From Epithemia pelagica (Eukaryota; Protista; Bacillariophyta): a stretch of 64,000 nucleotides of DNA. Below, one piece after another: positions 23,671 through 35,100 of the stretch; positions within the stretch are counted from its first letter, which is position 1; each line of letters begins with the position of its first letter. Below the pieces are notes generated by a model. That model did no database searches, was not told where the DNA came from, and was given only the letters and a program-made list of their open reading frames with translations. The stretch is from positions 2,542,001 to 2,606,000 of the forward strand of contig OX337242.1 in the NCBI GenBank assembly GCA_946965045.2. The letters run 5' to 3'. Both the position numbers and the translations under genes were made by a program.

Positions 23671-26025
23671 TTAGAAAGGAAGGCACAATCCAGAGACTGA
23701 AAACGCCGCTCCAACTCCAACGGAAGCGATGGCAAAGAAAAGATCGGGATACGTCGCAAAACCAGCCGACAATGTTTCGGAAGTGCCAAAGGCAGTCTCG
23801 AATTCGGCACGGGTGTAACAAGCATCAGGACCACTCATGTCCGCAATGTGCTGGGCCAAGCCAGTGCTAACAACTTCGGTACCACCATAGAACTGGTTGA
23901 GGAAGTCAACCACATTACCTGGCGTCACGCAGGCTTCGCCAGAAGAAGTCTTGAAGTTGGACAATGTACAAGCCACGACGTCATCGAAGAGGAACTCGCC
24001 ACTTTCGCGAGGAAGCTGGATACTTTCCATCTCCTTGACATCAATGATACCGTCTTTGTTCAGATCGATCGAGGCCAAAGTATCTTCCACCAAGCGTTCA
24101 ATATCCTCCTGCTTAGCAGTTCCATCTTCTTCATTGACGACAAGGCCTGACAACAAGGACGTGTAAAGGGACCAAAGCGTTTCCACGGAGAAATTGGTAC
24201 CTTGTTCCATGTGGGCCATGACATCTTGCAAATCCTTTTGCGCAACTGCTTCCTGGTTAACGGATCCCTTGGTTTGCAACACTTGGCACTCATTGCGGCC
24301 GTCGACAGCCACACGACGACGACGACGTCCACGACGACTACCACCCTTACCACCCTTACCACCATCCATCGAAAATATTTCAGGCAAGACAGCAAATGCA
24401 AGAAATAGCAGAAAGAACAACGGTCCAAGCAGGGCACCCACAGGAGGTAAACCAGGTAATCCAGTAAGACCAGTCGGACAACAGCCACCCGTAAGACCAC
24501 TCGGAGTAATAAAACAACAGGGACTTGGGCCACTTGGACCACTACCAGGACCGCTTGGACCACTACCAGGACCGCTTGGACCACTTCCACTTGGACCACT
24601 TCCACTTGGACCACTTCCACTTGGACCACTTCCACTCGGACCACTTCCACTTGGACCACTTCCACTTGGACCACTTCCACTCGGACCACTTCCACTCGGA
24701 CCACTACCGCTTGGACCACTTCCACTCGGACCACTACCGCTTGGACCACTACCGCTTGGACCACTTCCGCTTGGACCACTACCACTTGGGCCACTACCAC
24801 TTGGGCCACTACCACTTGGGCCACTACCACTTGGGCCACTTCCACTTGGACCACTTCCACTTGGACCACTTCCACTTGGACCACTTCCACTCGGACCACT
24901 TCCACTTGGACCACTTCCACTTGGACCACTTCCACTTGGACCACTTTCACTCGGACCACTTCCACTCGGACCACTACCGCTTGGACCACTACCGCTTGGA
25001 CCACTTCCACTCGGACCACTACCGCTTGGACCACTACCGCTTGGACCACTACCACTTGGGCCACTACCGCTTGGACCACTTCCACTTGGACCACTTCCAC
25101 TTGGACCACTTCCACTTGGACCACTTCCACTTGGACCACTTCCGCTTGGACCACTTCCACTCGGACCACTTCCACTTGGACCACTTCCACTTGGACCACT
25201 ACCGCTTGGACCACTACCACTTGGGCCACTTCCACTTGGACCACTTCCACTTGGACCACTTCCACTTGGACCACTTCCACTCGGACCACTTCCACTTGGA
25301 CCACTTCCACTTGGACCACTTCCACTTGGACCACTTTCACTCGGACCACTTCCACTCGGACCACTACCGCTTGGACCACTACCGCTTGGACCACTTCCAC
25401 TCGGACCACTACCGCTTGGACCACTACCGCTTGGACCACTTCCGCTTGGACCACTACCACTTGGGCCACTACCACTTGGGCCACTACCGCTTGGACCACT
25501 TCCACTTGGACCACTTCCACTTGGACCACTTCCACTTGGACCACTTCCACTTGGACCACTTCCGCTTGGACCACTTCCACTCGGACCACTTCCACTTGGA
25601 CCACTTCCACTTGGACCACTACCGCTTGGACCACTACCACTTGGGCCACTTCCACTTGGACCACTTCCACTTGGACCACTTCCACTTGGACCACTTCCAC
25701 TTGGACCACTTCCACTTGGACCACTTCCACTTGGACCACTTCCGCTTGGACCACTTCCACTCGGACCACTTCCACTTGGACCACTTCCACTTGGACCACT
25801 ACCGCTTGGACCACTTCCACTTGGACCACTACCACTTGGGCCACTTCCACTTGGACCACTTCCACTTGGACCACTTCCACTTGGACCACTTTCACCACTA
25901 CCAGGACCACTTTCACCACTATCAGGACCACTTGCACCACCATCGTGACCGGGCCATTCTCCCCCAGGCAGTTCACCCGTGATACCCGTGATACCCGAAG
26001 GGCCAATAGAAGTAAAGCCAGACAT
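23671..26025 (-). CDS. EF-hand/4-Cys family member 2 with long SGPSG repeat N-terminus (784 aa)
   Basis: Core matches member 1 (SLLSGLV, DLNKDGIIDVKE, LPRESGEFLFDDVVAC, CYTRAEF); variation among repeat units is almost all synonymous in this frame. Confidence 0.85.
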   Translation of the reverse strand: MSGFTSIGPSGITGITGELPGGEWPGHDGGASGPDSGESGPGSGESGPSGSGPSGSGPSGSGPSGSGPSGSGPSGSGPSGSGPSGSGPSGSGPSGSGPSGSGPSGSGPSGSGPSGSGPSGSGPSGSGPSGSGPSGSGPSGSGPSGSGPSGSGPSGSGPSGSGPSGSGPSGSGPSGSGPSGSGPSGSGPSGSGPSGSGPSGSGPSGSGPSGSGPSGSGPSGSGPSGSGPSESGPSGSGPSGSGPSGSGPSGSGPSGSGPSGSGPSGSGPSGSGPSGSGPSGSGPSGSGPSGSGPSGSGPSGSGPSGSGPSGSGPSGSGPSGSGPSGSGPSGSGPSGSGPSGSGPSGSGPSGSGPSGSGPSESGPSGSGPSGSGPSGSGPSGSGPSGSGPSGSGPSGSGPSGSGPSGSGPSGSGPSGSGPSGSGPSGSGPSGSGPSGSGPSGSGPSGSGPSGSGPSGSGPSGSGPSGSGPSGSGPSGSGPSGSGPSGPGSGPSGPGSGPSGPSPCCFITPSGLTGGCCPTGLTGLPGLPPVGALLGPLFFLLFLAFAVLPEIFSMDGGKGGKGGSRRGRRRRRVAVDGRNECQVLQTKGSVNQEAVAQKDLQDVMAHMEQGTNFSVETLWSLYTSLLSGLVVNEEDGTAKQEDIERLVEDTLASIDLNKDGIIDVKEMESIQLPRESGEFLFDDVVACTLSNFKTSSGEACVTPGNVVDFLNQFYGGTEVVSTGLAQHIADMSGPDACYTRAEFETAFGTSETLSAGFATYPDLFFAIASVGVGAAFSVSGLCLPF
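24525..25900 (-). repeat. Coding 15-bp tandem repeat (~87 units) with 180/390/420-bp higher-order blocks
   Basis: Unit ggaccacttccactt; 25081-25260 equals 25501-25680; the rare ccactttcac variant recurs 390 bp apart. Confidence 0.95.
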
Positions 26026-26078
26026 TTTCCTTCTTGTTGTTCTGTGTGGTGGTCAAGTTTGAATTAAAAAAAATGCAA

Positions 26079-26393
26079 CCCGACTGAAGTCGAGGCTGTC
26101 CCATCAAGCAATGCTAAGGATGCGTTGGATTTCTAGCGGACCACCCAAATCCTCCAGAAAATGGCGAAGTGATCACCATAGTCAGTTTTGTTGGAATCCA
26201 GTTAGGCACTGACAAAAAGTGGCGAAGCATTATACCAGTTGCGCCAACCGCCCAAAAGAAATTGATTGGGTGGAGGCGGACTGAAGTCGGGGCTGTCCCA
26301 TCAAGCGATGCTCAACTGATCCTAAGGATGCGTTGGATTTCTAACGGACCACCCAAATCCTCCAAAAAATGGCGAAGTGATCACACCATTGTC
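26079..26393. repeat. Tandem duplication of a ~110-130-bp unit upstream of family member 2
   Basis: gactgaagtcg...ccacccaaatcctcc...atggcgaagtgatca at ~26079 and ~26277; the tail of the second copy resumes at 28713-28744. Confidence 0.8.
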
Positions 26394-28712
26394 GGGAATA
26401 GGGAAATGAGGGACTTTTAGAGGAACATATAGAAGGACTTTCGGATAAATAGTTTTTTTGGTTGCTTCGAAATCCTCCAGTTGATTGCCGTGTGTCCTTG
26501 CCGTTGCTCTCCTACGCCTCATCCATCCATACCAAAGCATCCATTGTCGTCCCTCCCTGCAATCTTCGTTCGTTCCATCATAATCCATCTCCAATGACGA
26601 TCATCTCGTCGCGACCTTCCACCCCCAAAGTGGAAGTCTTTCCAAATGTTCTTGTAGGTCGATCAAACTCGCCAACTCAATGCCGCCCTTTTCACCCATC
26701 ACGGTACACTTGATTCTGAAGACTCCTTGATGGTCGGAGGAGTGCTAGGACCTTTCGTTGGAGGTGCACACCGGCTTGAGTGTGCCATTGTGGTGTTATG
26801 CAGTGCAAAATGACCGTAGTGTTGTTCCTACGAAAATAGAATCACTATAGAGAAAACAGTGGAGGCCTTGAAAAGCACGGGCTACTGCTGTAACAATGTC
26901 AGTCCGGTGGAGCTCGTAAGTAGTATTGTGCCCACAATTCGTTGCTGGTTGGGTTCATTATATAGTAGTGTACGGAGATCAAAAGTTTTCCCGAAAGTCT
27001 CTCATGAAGCTATCCTATAACTCCGAACGTCTCTCAAAAAGCTATCCGAAAGTCTTTCATTTGACTTTTTCAGGCCTTTATCCCTCGGTATCAGTGTCCA
27101 CTGCTTAGCTGTTTTTTGTCTGTGCCAGCTTCATAGGTTCCCAAGTGGACACAGACAGAAAATTTCACTTTTCGTCTGTCCTTTTCACCAATATAGTTCC
27201 TCGTGCTGGTGGAAATGCCGGCGTGCAAGTGACAGTTGGCGGTTAGCATCTTCCTGTGACCGTGACCACGATTCAAATTTGGAATCCTTTCACACGACTC
27301 TCGTCTCGTCACAAAAATCTCACGCGGTGTCAAAAGCATCGACATTCGACATTGACCATGAAGCGAGCTCTTTATGAATCCTTGCGACCTGAAGCAGTAT
27401 TTTGGTTGGTTTTTCTCTCTTGTTGCTTGTTGCTTGTCTCTTAGCTTCTTTCATGTCCTGCGTACTTTTCTCACACGTTATCTCATTAATCTTTGTCCCT
27501 GTTAATGCTGATGGTTGGTGCTCCTTTGATTTTGTCGCAATCAAACGGAGGACAAGTCATTGTAGGCCGTTTGCCACAACTTTTCCTTGCTCTAATCGTA
27601 GTGCTCCTTGATTGTTGGTTGTGTTCTTATCTTTGTAGCATGGATTTTTACTCTCATCATTGTGCTTCGCCTAGTCCATCTCCATGTCGATCACAGATCA
27701 AGAACCTTTCTTTGTGTGTCGGATACTCAAGTACATAGACCTAGAGATGACAACAAACTAAGGCAGCTTGTTGCCACTAGGCCTACTCAAACTAGTCTTC
27801 GTAGATCACAGAGTCGATCAGTTGCTTCAAGATGGCCCCAAACCTTCACCAGAGTGTCATGGTGGTTGAAAGCACGGCAATAACACGCACGATCTTACAA
27901 AATCAATGAAAGATTAGAAATAAACTTCTGATAGAAACTCCTAGGAGTAGTTTACAAAGAAAGAAGCTCTATGTGGTCTCCAATTATAAGCCGAGGCTCG
28001 AATGGAGAATTGACATTCCATAGGCACAAACATTCACTCTCAATGAAGTGGACAGAGAGAGAGAGACAGTTCTCGAATGTTGAATATCAGAAGAGAAAAA
28101 CGAATACAAGCGTGAGGGAGAAGTTAGAATGACAGTTCAAGAGCTGTTGTTGTCATGGAGACATTTTTGTACGTTCAAACTTACCTCAACTGCATGAAAG
28201 GCGACAATTCATGCCATGCCATTGTGGGTGATGGCCTCTGTGTGATTTTATGGGGGATTTGGAATTTGGATGGCGCATTCTGCAACCGTCATCCACGCAG
28301 GGCCGCTTGCTGGGCATGCGTCAGTTTCATGAACTGCGAAAACTCCAGCTGGGTATGCGTGCCAATTTGCAATTTAGTCATTTCCATTTGCGTCAAAAAG
28401 GAAATTTTCTGTCTGTGTCCACTTGGGAACCTATGAAGGTGGCACAGACAAAAAACAGCTAAGCAGTGGACACTGATACCGAGGGATGAGAGACATTCGG
28501 GGAAACTTTCGTTTTTAGGGATAGGGTTAAACTTGGGAATGCAGTTGAAGTGGCACTGACAAGACAACTCTAGGGTCATTTTCTATAAGAAGAGTCAATA
28601 TGGAAGAGTGTTGGAGACATCGACGGTCACTGGATGGTCTGTCCGAATGTCAGTCTAATTTTTGAAAGTTTCTCCGAACGTCTGTCATGAAAGTCCCTCA
28701 TTTCACTCCTCT
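26394..28712. mobile_element. Non-autonomous MULE/foldback-like DNA element
   Basis: 10-bp TSD CACCATTGTC (26384-93 / 28713-22); terminal inverted core GAAATGAGGGACTTT; inner 85-bp inverted arms 27082-27166 / 28401-28485 with 1 mismatch; no transposase. Confidence 0.7.
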
Positions 28713-29004
28713 CACCATTGTCAGTTTTGTTGGAATCCAGTTAGTGGAAGCGGTCTCTCCGTAGTCCGTAGTCGCCAGACGTTTGTAGCGTACACGTCGT
28801 CCTTATATTTCAACAGATTGCGTCATACTATGACTATTGTAAGTGATAGATGTTAGATGTCTCGCGTCTGTCCTCACTCCAGCTAGTCGCACATAGGCCA
28901 TCGAATATCCCCTTACGCGGGACAAGTACGGAAATCAATTAGGCTGCGCCGGTCAGCATGACAAGACCAAGCACGATTGTTTAATTAAGAAGATGTCTCG
29001 AAAA

Positions 29005-29084
29005 CGGGACAAAGCGGGACAAATCGGGACAAAGTGGGACAAATGGGGACAAAGTGGGAGAAATCGGGACAAATCGGGACAAAG
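29005..29084. repeat. 10-bp tandem repeat (GGGACAAA core, 8 units)
   Basis: Direct reading; followed by TGTC-rich inverted motifs to ~29215, possibly a small MITE. Confidence 0.8.
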
Positions 29085-30879
29085 TAGACCCACTAAAACT
29101 ACCATTATCCTAAAGCTAGCTGTCCCTACTTTGTCTCGACCATGTCCTGCTACCGTCATAGGTTGTCCACTTTTGTCTAGAATGCCTTGTCTCCCTGTTG
29201 TCATGTCTTATGTCTTAATCGACCCAGGACCATTCCATTTTCCATTACCTTTTGATTGGCCCGCTGCAGATGATAATCGGTGGGGTTGCTCTTCACTTCC
29301 GCGACAGAACGGCGGCGTGGCGTCCCCAGCCCCAGCCCTCAGTTCGTCTATGTGGCCCCTTGTCACAAGCGGGCTGTCCCCCCGCTCCATGATTCCGAGA
29401 GTAATGGCGCCAGGGCAGTCGGTCGACCGTACCCTCTAGCGGGTAGGCGCGGCAGCTGGAAGAATTTCTCATAGTAGTATTAAAGGGGCGGGGTGGAAGT
29501 ATAGAAACTCGAAAAAAGCTCCGGGCGAAAACAGACGGTTTACTGTAGCGGAAAGAGACCCCCCGGGAAATCGGGGAAGGGGGAAGAACGCTTGCCACAT
29601 TGCTAGCGTAACCGTAAAAAAATAAATGGAAATAAACTCTGAGAAGTAATGCCGAAGAAGAAAAATTACGTAACCGCTGCTTAACCATCAAAATAAATAA
29701 AGGGGGCTGGGAGAGGAAAGAAACAAGGGAGGGGTGAAAAAATTGGCTAGTATGGATGTCACTGACTGTTTAGGGGGTAAGCTGTACGACTATAAAGTAA
29801 AGAGATGAATTTTTTAAATATGGTGTCGCAGTTTTCCGGGTTTCCACCGAAATCCTGTAAAAGAGGGATTACCCGGTATTTTTGACACTCGAGCGGTTGG
29901 TAGACGTAGAGAATTCGACCAGTTTGATTGGATGACTAAGGATGTGATGCTAGCCGATAGGAAATTTACGGAAGGAGCAAAAGCGGCAAAAATAATTCAG
30001 CGATGGGGAGTATCTATAGATTTCTAATAGATAAAATAGCTCGGTCGACAATAGGTACATAACAAAGAAACATTGTTTGTTTGCTAGAAGAAGAAATACT
30101 GAGAAAGTTAAGCATACATATCCGGGTTCTGTAATCGTTTTTTTTTATCTAGCGGGAACTACTTACTACGGAGAGACTGCCTCCACCCCCAATAGACTAT
30201 TCCCCCTTTTTTTCAGCCCGCTGCTCGAAACCCAAGAACAACGCCCTCTGACCATAGACAAGCTCACTCCCAACTCGCCTCGTTCACTCCGAAGAAGCAC
30301 CCGCCCAACAGTCGTGCAACCACGACCCGCAACCCAGCCGTCTTCACCAGAGCCAAAGCTGCCACCATGGTCGGAAACCGCAAGGACCCCGGCGCCACCC
30401 AGCACCAGCCTACGATGACGCCCTCGACCGTTGCCTTTCGACAACACTTGGGTCCCCACAATGGATATTGGCATACCGGCAACACGGCGGGAATGTGTTA
30501 TGGGGCGAGTCCCAGAGACAAGAATGCGCGGAATGTGCACCACGTATTGACTCAGTGTTTTTGGCTCAAGAAGCAACGAGCTCCATTGTGGGACTATGTA
30601 CGATCACCCGCCGATCACAAGGACATGGCACCCGTCCTCCTGGTAAAAAACAAGAACAAAACTCTTGGATCCAATGACCCATAACACATCGAATATGGTT
30701 TCGTTCGAATTATAGGACCGTGTGGTCTAGGTAAAAATGTGACAGCTCTTGCAGCCGCGAGCATTTTAGTTATCTGGATTGGCTGGATCCTAACAACGCA
30801 TCGGATTATTGTTGCAAGGATTGACCTGTAATGAATCGGGAAGGAAAGAAGAGTTCCTGCCGAAACTCTCGTCGGGGAG

Positions 30880-31600
30880 AATCCCGCACCGAGGGGTATA
30901 AACGAAAGAAGGTACGTTTTTGTTCCACCAAGCCCAAAGCAGACGTCAAGTTGTTGCGGTTGTTAATTTTGTAATGAAAAGAAGTTGATGATTGACACTG
31001 GTCCCCCATGGTTGATTCAAATAATACCATCGGACAGTTCAGGCATTGCCCAACAAACCGGCCATTTGGGCAAACGTGGAATGTGCTACACCCACAAATC
31101 ATGTGTTCTTCGTCGACATTGCGAAACAGAAATCTTGAACTCCCGATTGATTCTGAATCAGTCGTACCTTCCACCCCTTGTCTTTCAACGCTTGAGCGTA
31201 GGGGGTCGCCGTGCTCGCAAAACGACTGATAATAGCCATCCGGTTACTTGTACTGTGGTTATTATTGTTTTTGCTGTTGCCCTTGTTAGACATAGATTGG
31301 GATGGCGGCGGACCGAATAAATGGTGCGTGGTATTGCCGGGCGTCATTTCCACAAACTCCGCTATTATGGGTATTTTATTTTGTTCAAATTCCGTAAGAA
31401 AGTTACGAAAATGAGTTGCTTTGAATTCCATGTTGAAGCTCTTGCTCAGCGTCGTACTGTTCGGGTGTTGTGCGCCATTCTTTCGTCCTGATAGCTGTAT
31501 ATCTGCGTCGTTCTTGTCGCCAAGCCATCCATGAGGCTTTACCGAAACAGGGTCGTTCCACAAATCCTAGTCGCCCCTCCGGAATGGTGTGTGCACCCCA
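30880..31600 (-). pseudogene. Fucosyltransferase-like (GT11/O-FucT-type) glycosyltransferase pseudogene
   Basis: THFRNFLTE...AIISRF...VRLIQNQSGVQDFCFAMST*FVGVAHSTFAQMAGLLGNA*TVRW, with two in-frame TGA; family call from motif memory only. Confidence 0.5.
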
Positions 31601-32153
31601 CTCTGTCGTTGAGATTTTGGGTTCAAAACTGACGCACCGAGTGCCTGGACCAACCAAACGGAGGTTTCCAGGGTTATTTATTCTTCATGTTTCCAGGTGA
31701 GAACGCTCCCCAGAGACTTGGAGTTTCATTGTCGTTACTGGGAGGAATGACTATTGGTTTACCGTCAATTGTATGGCTTCCGCCGTCACTGGCGAGACAA
31801 GCAAGACATGTCGATTCCACTGTGATTGTCCATGAATAAATGGTTTTCGCGCAGTGAGGATGAAGGTCCAGATGAATTCTAACCACACAAGAAACATTCC
31901 ATGGGACAAGGTTCGAGCACAGCGCATGTCAGTATTTCCTTGTCTATGAAGTAGCGATCAATTGTGATATTTCTACTCTAGGTTCGTAGGAGCCGCTAAA
32001 GTAGGGGCGATGTTTCGTTTGTTTTGTTTATTATGAGCTTTCTACGGCTTAAAATGAACATAGGACAAGAAGGTATTCACCTGAGGCTTGCCTTGCAGAT
32101 TGTCCTTGCAGTCGTAAAAATAACGAAGCGAACATGTAGATTGCATAGATAGT

Positions 32154-35100
32154 CTAGGTGACCGCAGTGCATGCTATGGTCCCTATATTGTCACACTCCC
32201 TCCCATGAATGTAGTGGAAGGTCATCATCCTTGAATCCGTTGCCGAAAGCGAAGAAAAGCAGCATCCGGCAGTGGTTTGGTGAGCAAGTCGGCAAGTGCT
32301 GGTGGCAACAAGGGTCAGCTCAGAAAGATGCGCTCGAAAATGGTGATAGTAGTTGTTGAGGTGTTTGGTTCGTGGACGATATTTGGGGAGCTTGGCCATT
32401 TCCAGAGCTCCACTGTTGTCTTCGAACACTTTGCAATGCACCTTAGGTGGATTTAGTGCAATGTCAACGCCTTGTTGTTTTGCTTCTTTGGCCAGTTCCA
32501 TGAGAGGAATCACCTCCCTCAGAGCAGTGGACAAGGCGATGTACTCCGCTTCAGTTGTGGAGAGTGCTGTTAGCGTTTGGATTTTAGATGCCCAGGTGAT
32601 GGGACATCCAGCATAGGTAATTACCCATCCTGATCTTGACTTGGAAGTCATTGGATCATTGGCTGCATGTGGTGGGTACCAGTTGCCCGCGAAGTCGGCA
32701 TCCACCCAACATTCAAAACTCTTGGAGACATCCGGTTGCATGTAATAGCCCTTTTGGGCAGTCTCCTTGAGATAGCGTCCGATTCGTTTGATTGCTTGAG
32801 CGTGTCCCTCCTTAGGGTGCTCAGAAAAGCGTGCACATTGATGCACAATGAAGGAAATGTCAGGACGCGTTGACTTTTCCAGAAAGTTCAATTTCCCAAT
32901 CACACATCGGTAGTGAAACTCCTTGGTCATGTCAGGACCATCCGGATCTTTGTGCAACAGGGTCTGTAATGCTGGCGTTTTTTGCCCTTTGGTGTTGCTC
33001 TGTAGATGCAGGTCCTTGAGGATTGACGCGATGAGTTGTGGTTGACTCAACTTCAGCTTTCCGTTTGGTCTTGGCTCAACTTTAACCCCCAGATAGTCAT
33101 CCACATCCCCCAGATCGTCTACAGTGAAATTGGCTTCTGCTTGCTTCAAATCCCTTATGACCTTATCAACTTCCTTTTTATCAGGACTCATCAGTATACA
33201 GTCGTCGATGTATACCATGAAGATCACATTGCCTCTGTAGAATAGACAAGGATCCAACTGACTGGGCGTAAATCCCAATTCCTTTAGGCCCTTTTCCAAG
33301 TAGTGGAACCAAACTCGTGGGGCCTGTTTTGTGCCATATATGTTTCGAAGCAGCTGTAGACAATGTGTCTTGGGTGAGACGCCGGGCTGGTAGTGATAGC
33401 CCTGAGGAAAATTCATGAAGAGTTGTACTTCTGCAGGGGCTTGCGGAAAAGCCAACACGAAATCGAATTGTCGTGTGTGCATTCCAGTAGTTGACTCCAC
33501 ATTGTTGTTGTCCACCATGGACGTTGAGTCGCGCCTTCCAACGGTAGACCTCTCGGGTGTCTATCCTCCTCTTTCGTTTCATCGACCACACCATGTTCAC
33601 AATCCTGGTTCCTGCAGGAACCTTGGATCGTGGTACCACCTTCCAATGTCCACGAGATGCATGATCGTCCAGTTCTTTGTCCATTGCCACAATGAACTTG
33701 GCCCGATCGGGTTGTTCCATAGCCTCTGTGATGTACATTGTGTCTGGATCTGCACTGGCTGCGAAAGCCATAGGATGTTCCAATTGCTTTTGCAGTTCGT
33801 ATTGTACCTCTGCAGTTGGGGCATCCTCCTGTTCATCTTGGTCCACTAGGACTTCCCATGCAACAATTCCCTGTTCTCGTTGTTGCATTCCTTCCTCAAA
33901 TCTTGTGGTGCTCCTGATCACTCGTCCACTCCTTGTTTGTCGTTGTGTTGGTGGTGGAGCATCGTTTGTTGGAACCGGTGGTTGTTGTTGGGCAGGTATG
34001 CCTCCCTCATGCTGTGGCATGGGGTCCAGATTTGCTGGTTCGTTGAGTTGATCTTGTGGTTGATCATCCATAGCCTCAGTAGTCCAGTGTTGACTGGAAC
34101 TCGTTGTTGCCCTGATAGGCCATAGAAGGTTGCCTCCCTCAGGCATTGTGGTGGATTGTTGTTGACGAGATTTCTTTTGTTGTTTGATCAACAGCTTGCT
34201 TAGGTACTTCCAGTCTGGTTTGGGTGTGTCAAAGTTAGTTTTCTTACCTGTTGACACTGTCTCAAAGAAGTCATCATGTTTTACATGATACTGTGGTGAG
34301 ACATGACCAGTGCGTGGATTCAATATCAGGCTGATGGATCTTGCATGGTTAGGAGATGGACCAAGATAGACTCCCAGCCTTGCTCTCGTCTTCCACTTTT
34401 CAATACCTTTCTGTGCTTGGAGCTTTTGTCTAAGACATAAGTGGGGCAACCAAATGTGTGGAAATGCCTCAACTTGGGTGCCACGTCCACACCGGTAAAC
34501 AGCTCCAAAGGAGATTTATTACCTTTGATTGTTGGGGTTGAGATGTTTACCTCATTTGCCGCTCGCAATGCGTACGGCCAAAGGTGCACGTTAAGCATCC
34601 TTGGCCACTTGGTTAGCGCATATAGCAGCATGGTGCGTGTCTGTTCCTGCAGGTCACGAATCTTTTTCTCTGCTATTCCATTTTGGAAATGCGCGTTCAG
34701 GCCACAGTAGGATAGACCTTGACCCTTTGCACGACAGTTGTTGATAAAGCCGTTATCTGCAAACCGGCCATTGTCTGCATGGTAGTGTTTGATGTTCACA
34801 CCACGATCCCTGGCGTAACGTTCAAACGCATGCTTAGCCAAGACAGTCTCCTCGCTAGTCAGACGATACTGTAGAAAAACGAATGACAGTCGCGAAAACT
34901 GGTCCACGAACACAGTCGCATATCGATAGCATCTTTTCGTGAGCCTCCCTTTGAGTTGTGCCACAAATCCCACTGTGGTAGATTCTAGTTGGTCGACAGA
35001 CACAACTTGTCCAGGTCTGGTGACTGTTTTGACATGGGATACGGGCGTTTGCCCTTTTGTTTTCCATGGACGACGGGTCATCTTGCCATATTGGCATGCA

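Noticed and set aside
24060-26006. Long His-rich (DHFHL), GPLPL and VVQVE ORFs over the 15-bp repeat
   Set aside because: Shadow frames of a stop-free repeat. Only the SGPSG frame keeps variation synonymous and joins the conserved family core.
27082-28485. Stand-alone CCC...GGG TIR element with a 2-bp AT TSD
   Set aside because: The inverted homology continues outward (26982-27004 vs 28486-28510), so these are inner arms of the larger 26394-28712 element.
29435-30156. 9-bp direct repeat TCTAGCGGG as the TSD of a 700-bp insertion
   Set aside because: No TIRs, poly-A tail or Helitron ends inside; may be chance.
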